A stretch of DNA of 62,149 bases, filler included, from Basidiobolus ranarum (Eukaryota), in the NCBI GenBank assembly GCA_040143965.1. It is 17 parts of 17 records of this genome, joined end to end, with 100 filler letters (N's around TTAATTAATTAA, not from the genome) between each part and the next. Parts side by side here need not be neighbours in the genome. Positions count along the whole stretch, not along the records: positions 58,598 to 62,149 come from JASJQH010009297.1; 16 more parts are not named here. One strand, written 5' to 3'. Both the position numbers and the translations under genes were made by a program. Each line of letters begins with the position of its first letter. Positions within the stretch are counted from its first letter, which is position 1. A model generated the notes under the pieces. The model was not told the DNA's origin and searched no databases. It saw nothing but the letters and a program-made list of their open reading frames with translations. Shown here piece after piece: positions 61,475 through 62,149 of the stretch.

Positions 61475-62071
61475 GCTACAGTATCCAAAAACTATAGACT
61501 GACACATGTGTGAAAAACATAATCCAAATTTTACACATTCACCACTTGAATGCAAATTTGTCACCTTCAATATCCCTAGCTTCTTTGATATATTCTCCTG
61601 AATATTGTTATAAGGTACTTCATACCCAAGGTGTAGCTCATATCCAATGCAAGTTTGTATTAGAATCTGCATCAAAGCCCACCATTATATTAACATTGCT
61701 GAATCAACATTCTTCTAACTATACAGTGGATATCCTGCAACACTGTGTTGCTCTATTTTAAGTTTTTCCCAGATATCTGCACAGTCAACACCAGACTAAA
61801 TATTAAATTGAATATTCTTCTTCTGAAGCCACTTGCTGCATACTTGCACTGTGTTTTTCCCTTCACACCTTTGAAAATACTCTTCAAGCATTTTTACTAA
61901 TATTTGAAAACCTTGAAATACAACACTACTTGGTGTGCTTTGCAGTTTTTGGGCAGCTTTTTGCTTGCCTTTAAGCTTGGGGCAAATTTCAGCACTTTGA
62001 ACAGTAGCAGTTGAGGATAGAGAGCTGTGAGTTTTAATGCTTGGCTTTAGCTTGTTGAAAGGTGCCAGGTG

Positions 62072-62149
62072 CCCTAACAGAAATTTGAGGATTGTTATTG
62101 TAGGAAAACCATCACAATTTTAATCCATTGTGGATTGATTGTTTACTTA
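62072..62149 (+). mobile_element. Probable left end of the CMC element (second copy)
   Basis: CCCTAACAGAAAT matches the right terminus CCCTAACAAAAAT (reverse complement of 4676-4688) at 12 of 13 positions. Confidence 0.55.

Overview
This window is not one locus. It is 17 unlinked contigs of 3573 down to 3552 bp, sorted by length and joined by 100-nt artificial spacers (44 N + TTAATTAATTAA + 44 N), so no synteny can be read across spacers. The DNA is AT-rich, eukaryotic and intron-containing. It is fungal (Ole1 with fused C-terminal cytochrome b5) and probably from an early-diverging, repeat-rich fungus such as Basidiobolus (inference). Host genes: uL2/RPL2, OLE1, an 11-exon UBLCP1, a JmjC hydroxylase, an S8 subtilisin plus an adjacent S8 pseudogene, a multicopper oxidase start, an expansin-like/CBM19 protein, a TGS1 pseudogene fragment and several secreted or repeat proteins. 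One of these is a 10-exon secreted protein missed by the ORF track, with eight 4-Cys modules whose introns repeat in register with the modules; it is my best candidate for an undescribed family. About half the window is nested, strongly CpG-depleted transposon debris: Ty1/Copia elements with a half-tRNA (Ty5/copia-type) primer site, three LTR families (one ending TG...TA with TSDs), a CMC/EnSpm transposon with CCCTAACA termini, a Gypsy integrase fragment and a 182-bp MITE. I found no CRISPR array, rRNA or tRNA gene. All gene models and alignments were read by eye.
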